This document shows positions 41,839 to 53,808 of a DNA stretch of 64,000 nucleotides, one piece after another. The stretch is from an uncultured Chthonomonadaceae bacterium (GTDB lineage: Bacteria; Armatimonadota; Chthonomonadetes; Chthonomonadales; Chthonomonadaceae): positions 64,001 to 128,000 of the forward strand of contig CAWFQB010000007.1 of the NCBI GenBank assembly GCA_963817895.1, given 5' to 3'. Position numbers and translations under genes: made by a program. The notes under the pieces were generated by a model. That model was not told the DNA's origin. It ran no database searches and saw nothing but the letters and a program-made list of their open reading frames with translations. Numbering within the stretch: the first letter of the stretch is position 1; every line of letters starts with the position of its first letter.

Positions 41839-43598
41839 TCAGGGTTCCGTGATTGTCACATCACCGGGAATTTTGGGTGACTGCGCCACGCTTTGCCGGC
41901 CATCCGGCCACTGCACTTCGATGCGGTCTACCCTGTTTACGTTGCCCAAACCGATATGCGTCCGCGAATCGCTCGCGGACAGATAGCTGCCGCCCGCAGT
42001 ACATTCGGCTTTCCAGGACTGCTTTCCTGCGACGACCGTTATTTTCGCGCCAATGCCCATGCGATTGCAATGCCTGCCCACCAGTCGTATTCGCAGCCAT
42101 TTGCCGGTTGTGGAAATCCGATTTAACAGCAGGCGGACATGGCCTTCCAGATCGGTGACGGCCAGGTCCAGCCTGCCATCCTCATCGAAATCGCCAATCG
42201 CAAGCGCCCGCCCCACGCAGGGCGTCGTAAATCCCGGCCCCGCCTCCTGTGAGCGATCCCGCAAGCCGCCCTTGCCGTCGTTCATAAACAATTGCAGGGG
42301 TTGGCGGTAGCGCGACATGGCATCTATTTTTTCCTCGTTATCATAGACATGCCCGTTGGCCTGCGCAATATCCAGCCAGCCATCGTTGTCAAAATCGGCC
42401 CATTTGATCCCGAAGCCCACATACGGGCGCGTCGCCTGCGCCAATCCCGTCGCGATTCCACGATTTTGATAAATCCCCTCGCCCGAATCCGTGTACAGGC
42501 TCGAGCCTTCAAATTGAAACGTGGAAACCAGCAGCGACAGCCTGCCGTCGCGCATGAAATCGCCCCAATCCACGCCCATTGCTCCCTGCGCTTTTCCGTC
42601 CTCTGTCAGCGCCACGCCACGCGGCAGGGCTTCCTCGACAAACCCCTTACCCTTCTGATTGATAAATAAATCGCCCGGCATCTCATCGTTGCCCAGGTAC
42701 AGGTCCGGCCAGCCATCGCCATTCACATCCGCGAACGCCACGCCCAGGCATTTGCCATGCGCCTTGTCCAGTCCCATCCGGCGCGTCACATCCTGAAAAT
42801 GTCCGTTGCCCAGATTGCGGTACAGGCTGCCGATTTGCGGGTCGTACATTTTGGGGCCGCAGGCAGTGGGCGATATTTTTCGGTCGCTGCAAAATTGCAT
42901 CGCGTGTTAATCGAATACCACATAGCGCCCGATATAGACATCCAGCTTGCCGTCGTGATCTATGTCCGCGAAGGCCGCGCTCGTGGCCCAACTGGTGGCG
43001 GCGGCGCTTCCAGTCCCGATCCGCGCGTAATGTCGGCGAACTTCCCCCCGCCGAAATTGCGATACAGGCGTACAACGCCGTAGCCCGTCAGGAGCAGGTC
43101 GGGGCGTCCATCGTTATCTATATCCCCCACCGCGCAGCCGGTGTAAAACCCCGGCGCGTCCAGGCCACTGCCCTTTGTCACATCTTCAAAGGTTCCATTG
43201 CCCCGTTGTTATGGTACAGCCGACACCGGCCCGTTTGTTCTGCGGGGGAGTGGTTCGATGGCTGCGCGGAGGGCTTTTCCCAGGGCAGTCCCATCGGCTG
43301 CCCGACCAAAAACAGATCGGCATGGCCGTCGCCATCATAATCCAATACGGCGCAGCCCGTGCCGATGGTTTCCAGCAGCGTCAGGGGCGATTTCCCGCCA
43401 TGTCCCATCTGGAAATCCACTCCGGCTGTTACGGCGCGATCTTCAAACCAGCCGGATGGGGGAGCGGCGGCAACAGGGGCAAACGGTGCGGCGGCACGGG
43501 AATTGCCTGTCGGCACGAGAGCGCGGACATCAGGCACAATTGTTGTCAGCAGGAGAGCAATGAGAACCCGGAGAATTGCCTCGATGCCGCGCGCTCAT
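41839..43598 (-). CDS. Second CRTAC1-family protein (frameshifted)
   Basis: DYDGDGHAD, DIDNDGRPD, DVNGDGWPD, HIGLG, VQWPDG; start approximate. Confidence 0.88.
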
Positions 43599-44932
43599 GG
43601 CTGTGGGTACCACGGCTGCGCTCCGATGGCAGCCGAAGGGGGCGCGGCAACGGATGTGAAGGCGCGGCGATGGACGCGGCATGCGAACGGTTTTCCGCTT
43701 TTCGCTTCAATTCCGCTTTGTATTGTTCGATTTCCTGCCGACACCTTTGCATCTTCGGCTCCCAGCGCGCTGATAAATTTTGTACTCCGACACGGCCCCC
43801 TCATCATTCTCGTATTTGCGGAACAAACGCGCCAGTTGCAGGTGCAGAGGCCGATTTTGCGGGTCGAGCCGGATGCGGTTTTCCGTGTCTTCAATGTCAT
43901 GTTTGGCTTTTGCCAGTTCCTGCGCGGTGGCAAGATCGGCCTTGCCCTCGGCCACTTTGCCGATCTTTGTCAGGCTCAAGCCCAGTTGATAAAGCGCCTG
44001 GTCATCGGAAGTATTCAGGGAAGCGGCTTTGCGGAGATGCGTTACAGCTTCCTGCCAGTTGCCCCTCCGCTCGTTTAAACGGCCCAGTTCAAGCTGCGCA
44101 TCGCTCATTTGCGGATCGAGGGTGACGGCATTTTCCAGCTGCTGCTGCGCCTGCGCGCGGAGCGTATCGCTGTCGCCCATTTGCAGATACAACTGCCCGA
44201 GCCAGAAATGCGTGATGGGGTCTGCGGGGTTCAGCGCCAACGCTTTTTGCAGATGCTGTTCGGCCTCCTGATAACGAGAATAGTGGCGGGAAAGCTGCCC
44301 CAGGTCGCGCCAGCAAAGAGCCTGTTTCGGGTCCAGAGCCACCGCTTTTTTCAGCGCCTCATACGCCAGATCAGAGTCGTGCGAGTCGCCGTACATTTTC
44401 CCAAGCGTATACCACGCGTATACATTGTCCGGCTGAAGCGCGACAACTTTCTTGAGAGGGTCAATGGCGTTGCGCGCGCTGCCCATCGCATACGTGGCTT
44501 TTGCCAGCGCAAGCTGGGTCGCGGGGTTATTCGGTTCCAGGCGAACGGCTTCCTGAAACAGACTGCATCGCCGCCTGCATGTTGCCGGCGCGCATATAAG
44601 CATTGCCCAGGGAGAGATGGGCGTCCGCCACTTTGGGGTTCAAGTTTACGGCGCACTGTAGTGCGCAGCGGGCCTCGTCGGTTCGGCCTGAACCCAACAG
44701 CGCAACGCCATAATATACCCAGGTAAGCTGATCTTTGGGGCTGTCGTGAACGGCCAGCGCCAACTCTTCCAGGGAAAGCGTCCGCAGTTGGCGTTCCCGC
44801 GCCCAGGAACTGTTGCGAATACCCAGGCTGATGCCGATAGCGACCAACCCGAACAGGAGCAGGAAGCCAGCGTAGTGGCTTTCGAGGCGTGGAGGTACTG
44901 GCTGCCGTGGATGCGAATGAAATAGATTTCAT
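43595..44932 (-). CDS. TPR protein (frameshifted)
   Basis: N-terminal TM helix, then TPRs (AWYTLGKMY, HFWLGQLY, ALYQLGLSL); end approximate. Confidence 0.85.
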
Positions 44933-45054
44933 GTCATTTCACAACTTGCTGATGAATTGAAATTGTAACTGCCGACGCGCCGGCTGTTGCTGGAGAGAGC
45001 AGCAGCCGACGCGCTCGACAGTATTCAGGAAACACCGATAACAGATGCTACCGG

Positions 45055-45887
45055 TTAATTGCCCCACTGAGCTCCCGGATTGTCCTGACCGGGAATCATA
45101 TACTTGTTACAGGGGTAGTTGCTTTCAAACCACGTATTCGTTTCGTAAGCGGTGTTTCCTTGCGCCAGGGGAATCGGCTTGTCGTGCGTTGGGGACAAGT
45201 TGATAATACTTCACATGTCCATCCGAATGGCATACCTGGCCGCCGCCGTTGTGGCGGGGCAGCCCCCAGGTAAATCCCTGCCAGGAAAGCCAACCGGTCG
45301 ACGATCTGGGCATTGCAGCCGAACGTGGTGTCTTCCGTATCCCAGTTTGTGTATTGGCGTCCCATGCCAGTCGGAGCCGGTACAGCAGTTCCAATCCGAG
45401 TGGCCGTCCATCAGCATCCAGGTTCGTAGAGGACTCCATCACGGCCGCGAATTTAGACGGCTTGCGGCTGTTGGCAGCTGGTTGTTGTACATGTAGGTGA
45501 CGGGGTTGATGTTCCAGTCATGGTGCTGCGGGTTGGCCGGGTCTTCGTCCAGGTCAGTGGATTCCGGGACACGCATAAACGCCTTTGCTTTTGATGTAAG
45601 GCGCAATGGTGTTTTGCCATTCCCAGGTATTGTCCGTCATTTCCCGCTGCGGTGTTGGGCTGCCAGCCTCCAAAGGGGAACCTTTCATCATAGTCCTGAA
45701 CATACATCAGCATTCCCAGGCCAAGCTGCTTGAGGTTGCTGGCGCAGCTTGCCTGTCGCGCTTTGGCGCGCGCCTGCGCAAAGACGGGAAATAGGATTGC
45801 CGCAAGGATAGCGATAATGGCAATGACGACGAGCAGTTCGATCAGGGTAAAACCATTATGCCGGCGGCTGTTGTTGCTCCGTTGCAT
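45055..45887 (-). CDS. Prepilin-type N-methylation / DUF1559-like protein (frameshifted)
   Basis: [44 protein letters not shown]-terminal [16 protein letters not shown] (H-X9-DG). Confidence 0.92.
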
Positions 45888-46049
45888 ATAACTTTCCTTT
45901 CTTGTGTTACAATCCTTCACAAACGGGGACTGTCTCTCTCCCGGCGCATGAAAGATCACGTAAACGCCTTCCACTGACAATTCTGGAACATTGGACACCT
46001 GCGCGTGAAACAAAAGCAAGCGACGAGCGCAAGTTCACGTTGGCTGTTC

Positions 46050-46274
46050 CTACTGGCCGGGAACACTGGACTTGCCAGGTGCCGCAGTTCCCACCGGACC
46101 ACCGGAACTGCCGGGACCACCGGAGCCGGGCGGCTTAAATCCCTGGGGCGCATTTTTGTAGGGGTTTTCGCCTCCCCCGCCATTGCTAATGGTTCTGCGG
46201 GCATAGAAAAATATCACAATCAAAAGAACGACGACAGCCCCAATGATCATCGCAGGATTTACTTCTTGCTTCAA
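46050..46274 (-). CDS. Small membrane protein
   Basis: TTG after GAAGGGGG; KQEVNPAMIIGAVVVLLIVIFF then a Gly/Pro tail. Confidence 0.7.
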   Translation of the reverse strand: MKQEVNPAMIIGAVVVLLIVIFFYARRTISNGGGGENPYKNAPQGFKPPGSGGPGSSGGPVGTAAPGKSSVPGQ

Positions 46275-46581
46275 AGTTTCACCCCCTTCACAGCGTTGAA
46301 TTGCATCCACTCCTGTTGCTACGGGAGAACTCACCATCACAGGGATGCGCGTCTATGCGTTTATCATAGCACACCGCAACATACTTTTCAACACTGTATA
46401 CGCATGTTCCTGCATGTTGTTCATAAAGAACAAACATTTTCGCTTAAAATGCCCGATTATAAGGTTCCCGACGGAGAAGACTGCGCATATTACCGGGTAC
46501 ACAAAAACTCAGGCGGATTGTCATTCATAACAGCGCAAATGCTTTCACGGGCCGCGCCACCACCAGCAGGGTAAGAGGAAG

Positions 46582-46611
46582 TTGACATTTAACAGGACAG
46601 AGTGTTATCAT
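46582..46611 (+). promoter_or_regulatory. Sigma70-like promoter
   Basis: TTGACA-N18-TATCAT with extended -10 TG. Confidence 0.6.
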
Positions 46612-46706
46612 AAAGAAGTGGCAGAACCTTTTTGGAACGCCCATGCCTGGCGTCGCTTGCGCCACAGCTCTGATTATTTCGCTTTGAAGATGCGTGATGA
46701 TACTCC

Positions 46707-47891
46707 ATGCCACTTAGAAATTTCTTTCGCCGCAATGTCCTGTCTGTCCGCGCGTTAAGCGTCGGCCTCGCGGTTTCTTTCCTGCTGCTCCTTGTCCTTA
46801 CCGCCTGCCACCGCAATCCTGATCCTTCCACGCTTTCGGGTGTCGCGCCTGCGGCCATTACGGACCCTGACGGGTATGTTGGCAACAGCGCGTGCGCGAC
46901 CTGCCATCCCGGCGAATTTCAGCAGCATCGCGGAAGCCGTCATGCGCTTACCATGCATGCGGCTGATACCGCGTCCCTGGGGTCATTAGCGCCTGCTCCC
47001 GGCGCAATCCCCCTGGCAGGTTATGCCCTGAGCATAGAGGCAGGCCGCCTGGCGCTCACCCGCTCTATTGCCCCGGTTGGTCCCATGCCGCTTGACATTG
47101 CTCTTGGCTCCGGTAAAGTGGGCATCACTTTTATTTCCCTGCAAGGCAAAGACACGTTACTGGAAGCGCGCATGAGTTATTTTCCTGAAGGCAGGCAATG
47201 GGATTTTACGCCGGGGCAAGAGGTTAAAAACGGAGAGGATACCGTATTCGGGCGCATCCATCATGGCAATGAAGACGCGGGCCGGTGTCTGCGCTGTCAC
47301 TCCGTGACGCAGCCTCCTAATGACATCAAACCGAAGCCCGAATTTTATGGCGTCGGCTGCGAAGTCGTGTCATGGCGCGGGCAAAGCCCATGTTGACGCG
47401 ATGCGCAGGGGCGACCTGGCTCACATTTCCATGAAGCGCCTGAATCAATTGCCTTCCGGTCAACTCAACGACCTGTGCGGAAAATGCCATCGCTCCCTCA
47501 AAGATGTGGATTTGGATACTACCGCCGGTTCCCTCACGCATCGCTTTCAGCCCTATGCTCTTGTCCGCAGCCGCTGTCGCAACAGTGACAGCAGCGTCCT
47601 CTCGTGTCTGACGTGTCACTCCGCCCACACAAACGTCAGCACAGACATCAGGAAATATGAGCAGCAGTGCCTGCAATGCCATACGGCGGGACATCCCCTG
47701 CCCCACAGGGCAACCGCGCCTGTTGAAGTCGGCAAGGCGTGTCCTGTAAATCCGAAAACGGCTGCATCCCCTGCCACATGCGCGACAAACAATCCTTCCC
47801 CGGTCTGTTCTGGAAACCCATGGTAGACCATCTGATTTCTATCAATCGCAACAAACCATCCGCGAACCACACGACCGGCGCTATGCGCTAA
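46707..47891 (+). CDS. Multiheme c-type cytochrome lipoprotein (frameshifted)
   Basis: LTAC lipobox; seven CxxCH motifs (CATCH, CLRCH, CExCH, CGKCH, CLTCH, CLQCH, CIPCH) across joined frames. Confidence 0.88.
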
Positions 47892-47954
47892 AACCGCGCA
47901 TGGACAATCCTGAATTCGCTCCCTACTCCTGTTTCGGAACCGTTGGGCTTGCAG

Positions 47955-48442
47955 TCACAGGTTATGCGTTTTGCGCAGGTCGGCAAGCAGCCCGGTTGTG
48001 GCCTGCTCGACAAGGGCGTACACTTCAGCGTATCTGCCGTCATAGTAAGGATCGGGAACTTCCGCGCGTTTCCCGCATCCGGCGCGTAATCCATCAGGCG
48101 CGGCGACATGCGGCGTGTTTGCCTTCGCCCAAACGCGCCAGACGAAGCAGCGTGTTGACGTCCGCGAAGTTGCTCTCGTCCATCGTCAGGATATAATCGA
48201 ACCCGCGAAAATCCGCGCCCTCGATCTGCCGCGCGCTGTGCGCGAAGGCGATACTGTTGAATTTCAGTATCTGCTGTGTGCCGCGATGCGGAGCCTGTCC
48301 CCGATGCCAGTCGCCCGTTCCCGCCGAGATCCGCTTCGATTTGGTCTTCCAGGCCAGCTTGCTTTACCTTGTGCAGAAACACGGCTTCCGCCATCGGCGA
48401 ACGGCAAATATTTCCCAGACATACAAACAACACTCGTATCAT
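47955..48442 (-). CDS. Low-molecular-weight protein-tyrosine phosphatase (frameshifted)
   Basis: VLFVCLGNICRSPMAE; VPDPYY in the downstream frame. Confidence 0.9.
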
Positions 48443-48540
48443 TCCCGCCTCCTGTAACGATTCCATACACTTCAGGATACCCCCACAACCTTCTGTCACA
48501 ACCTACAGTAAGGTACAATTGCCGGAATTATACTGTAACG

Positions 48541-48585
48541 CAACATCAGCCACAATCCCGCAATGGTGGGATGTGGCTGATGTTG
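48541..48585. terminator. Hairpin downstream of the PEP-CTERM gene
   Basis: CAACATCAGCCACA / TGTGGCTGATGTTG. Confidence 0.7.
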
Positions 48586-48612
48586 AAGCCGGTTTCAGAC
48601 TATACGTGACGC

Positions 48613-49461
48613 TCAGGCGATTTGGCGCGATTGTTTGCGCCGCCACAGGAAAGCCGCGCCGCTCAACACGAAGCCGGACAGAAAGGCGACAGCAGAGGGT
48701 TCGGGGACAGCGGAAGGGGCGGTGGCGGAAAGCACAATCTGAGCATCGGGCAGTTGGTACGCGCCAACCTGCGTCCCGAAACCGCTAACAGTGTCCAGAA
48801 GAATAACATGTTCGGAATCGTCGAAACCGAACAGGGAACCGTTCGAGAAAGCAAGGCCGAAGATGCCAGTAAAAGCGGTATTCGCCCCTGCCCTGCCCAC
48901 AGCCGTTCCCACTCCGGTAGTCTGATCGAGGGTATTCAGCACGTCAAGATTATTGGCCCCATTAGCAGGATCATTATTGGTTTGAAACAGGTTGCCGCCG
49001 TCATCAAAAGCGATAGTTCCGACAGAAGCGTTGCCAATAGCGCCCACAAGCAGGGCCGCGCCTGTGCCGAGATTAAGAGTGTACAGGTTACTCACCTGAT
49101 CTGCCAGAAACAGCGTCCCGTCGGAGCGGAAAGCCAGCCCGTCTGCCTGTTCCGCATCCAGTCCCGTAGAGCCGATTGTGGTCAGCGCGCCTGTGTTGGC
49201 GTTCACGGTGAACAGCGTGGTTGCATCTGTGCTTATTCCGTACAAAACGCCCTCGGGAGAAAACGCGATACCGGATAACTGCGTACTTGTAGCGCCTATC
49301 TCGGTAAAAACACCTGTTGACGTTATGGTTCCAAGTATCCCGGTGTCCTGTCCAACGTGGCCCGCTGTAACCCATATAGTTTGGGCGGAAACGAAGCGCG
49401 GGCAGAAAAACGCGGCGGCAATGGTGAGCATAGCAACCAGATTGCGAATGTAAATCGGCAT
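48613..49461 (-). CDS. PEP-CTERM sorting-domain protein (beta-propeller-like repeats)
   Basis: Signal peptide, GIAFSPEG / GLAFRSDG repeats, AVPEPS-TM-RRK tail. Confidence 0.93.
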   Translation of the reverse strand: MPIYIRNLVAMLTIAAAFFCPRFVSAQTIWVTAGHVGQDTGILGTITSTGVFTEIGATSTQLSGIAFSPEGVLYGISTDATTLFTVNANTGALTTIGSTGLDAEQADGLAFRSDGTLFLADQVSNLYTLNLGTGAALLVGAIGNASVGTIAFDDGGNLFQTNNDPANGANNLDVLNTLDQTTGVGTAVGRAGANTAFTGIFGLAFSNGSLFGFDDSEHVILLDTVSGFGTQVGAYQLPDAQIVLSATAPSAVPEPSAVAFLSGFVLSGAAFLWRRKQSRQIA

Positions 49462-49885
49462 AATCTTCTCCTTAAAAACTGCCAGAGAAAGTACGCGAAC
49501 AGGGTACAGAAAAAGTGAGTTCTACTCCTCACTGTGAATGATCGAAATATCCTGTTCAACCGATACACCCGTTGAAACCGAGGAGAAGTGATTGCAGAAA
49601 CAGAGGCATGCCCTGCAATATTGTCGGGTAAAGTCGGGTGAAAACGCAGGGCGCAATTAGAGATCGAACAGGAACCGGAATCGGCTTATAAGCGAAACGT
49701 TTCCTGTTGACTTTGAAATTTTTCGGCGTGTGGCGCGGAAGGGACCTGTGTTGAGAGCAGGCAGGAATCAGCGCAGATTATCGCGAATAGAAGTGGCATA
49801 CAGCAAAACGTATTTTCTCGCCCGGTATTACTGCCGGAAAGAATAAGCGCTGTGTCGTTGAGGTGTTGAGGAGGGATACGCGCGT

Positions 49886-50879
49886 ATGAAGTGGCCCAAT
49901 CCGACCGATTATCAGGACGCCGTTCAAAACCCCCGGCTGTGCTTTTCCGACCCGGAATTGCAAGGTGGCGTGGTGGCGACAAACGCGCTCGGCCTGCCCC
50001 GCGTGGCGTCGGGCAATTTCGCCAGCGTGTACGAGGTGCAGACGGGCAAGAAAGCGGTGGGCCGTGCGGTGCTTTTTGCGGCAGTGCGCCGACCAGCAGA
50101 AGCACTACGCGCATGTTACAAACCATCTAAAGAGTTTATGGCTGCCGTTTCTGGTGGATTTCGAGTATCAGCCGCAGGGATTCGCCTGTTCGGACAGCAG
50201 TACCCGATTGTCAAAATGCAGTGGGTGGATGGCGTTGCGCTGCATACGTTTGTGAAGAAGAAATTGCGACGCCCGCAGGATTTGCTGAAACTGGCGGCGC
50301 AGTGGCGGGGCATGGTGAACAGTCTGCACGGCAGTCGGTTGGCGCACGGGGATTTGCAGCACGGCAATGTTCTGGTTACATCGAAAGGCCTTGCGTGTCT
50401 GGTAGACTACGATGCGATGTACGTTCCCGCGCTGCACGGCACAAATTGCGCCGAACTCGGCCACGCCAATTACCAGCATCCGCAGCGGCAGGCCAACCAT
50501 TACGACCACAATCTGGACAATTTCGCCGCGCTCGTGATTTATGTCAGCCTCCGCGCCCTCGCCGTCGAGCCGGAACTATGGGACACAGTACCACACGGGC
50601 GAAAACCTGATTTTCTCGTCTTCGGATTTCAAAGCGCCCTCGCAATCCGCCCTGTTCGGTCAACTCCGGCGCAGTCAGGCCGCCGAAGTCCGCGCCTTTG
50701 CCATAAAACTCATTGAGTGGTGTTGCGGCCCCATAGAACAAACAGGGAACTTCGAGGCCGTTTTTTCAACGCCCCGACTTGCAACCGCGCCTGTACAAAC
50801 ATCTACGCCGTTAATTTCGCAGCCAACAACGCCTACACAGCAACCTGCTCAGGTAAACCGTTGGTGGTTAGACCATTAG
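49886..50879 (+). CDS. Protein kinase-like protein resembling TerY-P-triad kinases (frameshifted)
   Basis: SGNFASVY, HGDLQHGNVLV, LVDYDAMYVP, ELGHANYQHP. Confidence 0.8.
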
Positions 50880-50891
50880 GTGAAGTGTTCT

Positions 50892-51044
50892 TTGTCTTGA
50901 ACCATGATCAGGCATGATTTTGATGATGACCATGATTAAGGAGGCGCGTTCCTCATAGCCTTTCGCTAATCAGACAGGTGACACGTTAAACAGCGCATTA
51001 TCATGGTAATCATCAAAATCATGCCTGATCATGGTTCAAGACAA
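50892..51044. repeat. 45-bp inverted repeat
   Basis: 50892-50936 versus 51000-51044, one mismatch; internal CATGAT/GATGAT periodicity. Confidence 0.88.
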
Positions 51045-51058
51045 TCTAAAAAGAGGGC

Positions 51059-51670
51059 ATGATGACAGCAACAGCACTAAAACAACCGGATGCGCCGCAG
51101 AAATTAATTACCTACGAGGAATACCTCGAAGATTTTATGAGCAAGCGCCCGACCTTGCAACCCTATGAAATCATTGAAGGAGTGCGCCACTTTATGAACA
51201 CGCCTTTGCTCATTCATCAGCGCATTGTAATCCGGCTAATTCTGCTGTTGAGCGCGTATGAGGTGGCGCGGCGTACCGGCATCGTGATTGTTTCTCCGTT
51301 TGATGTGTTGATACGCCGTATTCCGCGCCTGCAAACCCGCCAGCCGGACGTTATGTTCATCACCAATGACCGGTTGGAACTGTCCGGCGGCATTATGATG
51401 GAAGGGCCGTTGGAGCAGCCGCCGCAACTCGTTATTGAAGTGCTATCGCCCAGCGAAACCCGGCGTATTGTTCAAGACAAAATCGAAGATTACCGCAGCA
51501 TCGGCGTGGAAGAAGCGTGGCTGGTCAGTTCACAGGCGGAAACGGTTCAAGTCTTGCGCCTCACGGCAGAGGGCGTAGAAAGCGTGGCGGTCTACGGCTT
51601 CGATGAAAGCGTTACGTCGTTAGTGTTTCCTGACCTGACGCTTTCGCTGGCAGATATATTCGCGTATTAA
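51059..51670 (+). CDS. Uma2 (DUF820) family endonuclease
   Basis: YEIIEG, HQRI, RQPDVMFI, PQLVIEVLSPS, YRSIGVEEAWLV. Confidence 0.92.
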   Translation: MMTATALKQPDAPQKLITYEEYLEDFMSKRPTLQPYEIIEGVRHFMNTPLLIHQRIVIRLILLLSAYEVARRTGIVIVSPFDVLIRRIPRLQTRQPDVMFITNDRLELSGGIMMEGPLEQPPQLVIEVLSPSETRRIVQDKIEDYRSIGVEEAWLVSSQAETVQVLRLTAEGVESVAVYGFDESVTSLVFPDLTLSLADIFAY

Positions 51671-51695
51671 AATCTAAGGAACCGAGAACATATCA

Positions 51696-53764
51696 ATGAC
51701 GATGGACTCCGAGGCGGGAAAGAACCCTGCACAATCTAATACATCCGATACGAACACGAAGAACACTGTTTCCGAGACGATGGTGGATGAGTTGCCGTCC
51801 CCATTGACGGGTACGGCGATGCAGCGCAGGGCGGTGACGTGGCGCTCCGTGCTGCTGTGCCTGCTGCTGCTGCCCATCAACTCCTACTGGGTCGTGCAGA
51901 TGGAGGTCGTGCGCTATTCGGCGCACCCGACGACGATCTCGCTGCTGTTCAATACCATTTTCATTCTGCTCTGCCTGACCCTGCTCAACCGCGTCGTGCA
52001 TGCGCTTCGCGCCGCGCGCCGCGCTGGAGCGGGGCGAACTGCTGCTCGTCTATTCCGTCCTGTGCATCGGCTCGTGCGTGTCCGGGCACGACATGCTGGA
52101 AGTCTTCGTTCCGATGCTGACCTGGTCGTTCAAGCACGCCGACAGCACCAACAACTGGGGCACGCTCATCAATCCGCATCTGCCCGCACATGGCTGTTCA
52201 TCACCGACCCGGCCATTTACAAAAGTTACTATCTGGGCAACGACAGCATCTGGCACTGGAAATATATTCGCGCCTGGCTGCCGGTCGTGACCATCTGGAC
52301 GCTGTTTGTCTCCACGCTGCTGTTCGTCATGCTGTGCATCAACGCGCATTCTGCGCAAGCAGTGGACGGACAACGAGCGCCTCGACCTATCCCATCGTGC
52401 AGTTGCCGCTGCAAATCACGAGCGAACAGGCGTTTCAGCCGCAGGGCATGTTCCGCAACCGCCTGTTCTGGATCGGGTTTATCCTCGCGGGCGCGATTGA
52501 CATGATCAACAGCCTGAACTACTACTATCCCGGCATTCCGACGGTGCTGACGCCCGGTTTCGGCCAGAGTTTCCTCGATCATCGCGCCCTTCTTTCGCGG
52601 CCAAGCCCTGGAACGCGATTGGGCTGGACGCCGCTCTCCTTTTATCCGTTCATGATCGGCTTGGGCATGTTCATGCCGCTCGACTTTCTGTTCTCCTGCG
52701 TCTTTTTCTACTGGTTCTGGAAGTTTGAGAAGGTGTCTTCGGTCGCGATGGCCTACGATCAGGACCCGCGCTTCCCCTACACGGAGAATCAGGCGTTCGG
52801 CGCGTAATCTGTCGTTCTGTCTGTACTCCGTCTGGATCAGCCGGGGCTATCTGCAACAGGTGTTGCGCCGCGCTCTGGGCAGGCCGTCCACCCTGGACGA
52901 CAGCCGCGAGCCGATGCGTTACCGCAACGGCGGTTCTTGGGATTCTCGGCGGCGTGGGCGTGTCTGGTGCGTTTTTCCGCCTATCTCGGCATGCACGTGG
53001 TGGATCGGCCATCCTCTTCTTCCTGATGTATTTCGCGCTCGCCCTTGCCATCACGCGCATGCGCGCGGAACTGGGCACGCCCATTCACGACCTGCACTTC
53101 ACCGGCCCGGAGACGATTATGACGCGCGTGGCGGGCAGCCGCGCCTTCAACGCCGACAACCTGACGGTCTTCGCCCTCTTCTTCTGGTTCAACCGCGCGT
53201 ACCGCTCGCACCCCATGCCGCACCAGTTGGAAGCGTACAAGCTGGCGGAGCAGTCGCGCACGCAATTACCGCAAGTGGAACGGCGCGATTTTCTGGTCTG
53301 GGCACGGTGGCCGTTTTCGTCGCGTTCTGGGCCATTCTGCACCTGATGTACAGTTACGGCGCGGAAGGCAAATCGCGCATGACGTTCGGCGCCGGAGCCG
53401 TTCAACAAGCTGGACGGCTGGCTGAAGACCCCGCAGCTCGGCAAGTTCCAGGAGTTTCTGGCGATCTGCGGTCGGGTTCGGGATCGCGTTTCTGCTGCAA
53501 TGGCTGCGCGTTCGCCTTCCCTGGTGGCCGCTGCATCCGCTGGCCTTCGCCGTGACGTCGTCCTGGGAAATCAATCTGGTCTGGGGGCCGCTGTTTCTGG
53601 CCTGGATGTTCAAATCCCTGATCCTGCGCTATGGCGGGCGGGGCGGCTTCCATCGGTCGCTGCCGTTCTTCCTGGGCCTGATGCTCGGCCAGTTCGTCGT
53701 CGGCAGCCTGTGGAACATGTACGGCATTTTCCGCGACCTGCCCACCTATCAGTTCTGGCAATGA
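51696..53764 (+). CDS. DUF6785/DUF6784-like polytopic membrane protein (many frameshifts)
   Basis: Many TM helices; ITRMRAELG, PWWPLHPLAF in an alternate frame, LRYGG, PFFLGLMLG. Confidence 0.75.
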
Positions 53765-53808
53765 TCGCGTAAGTTCACTGTGGAAACAATGTTGTTTCGG
53801 AGGCTGCT

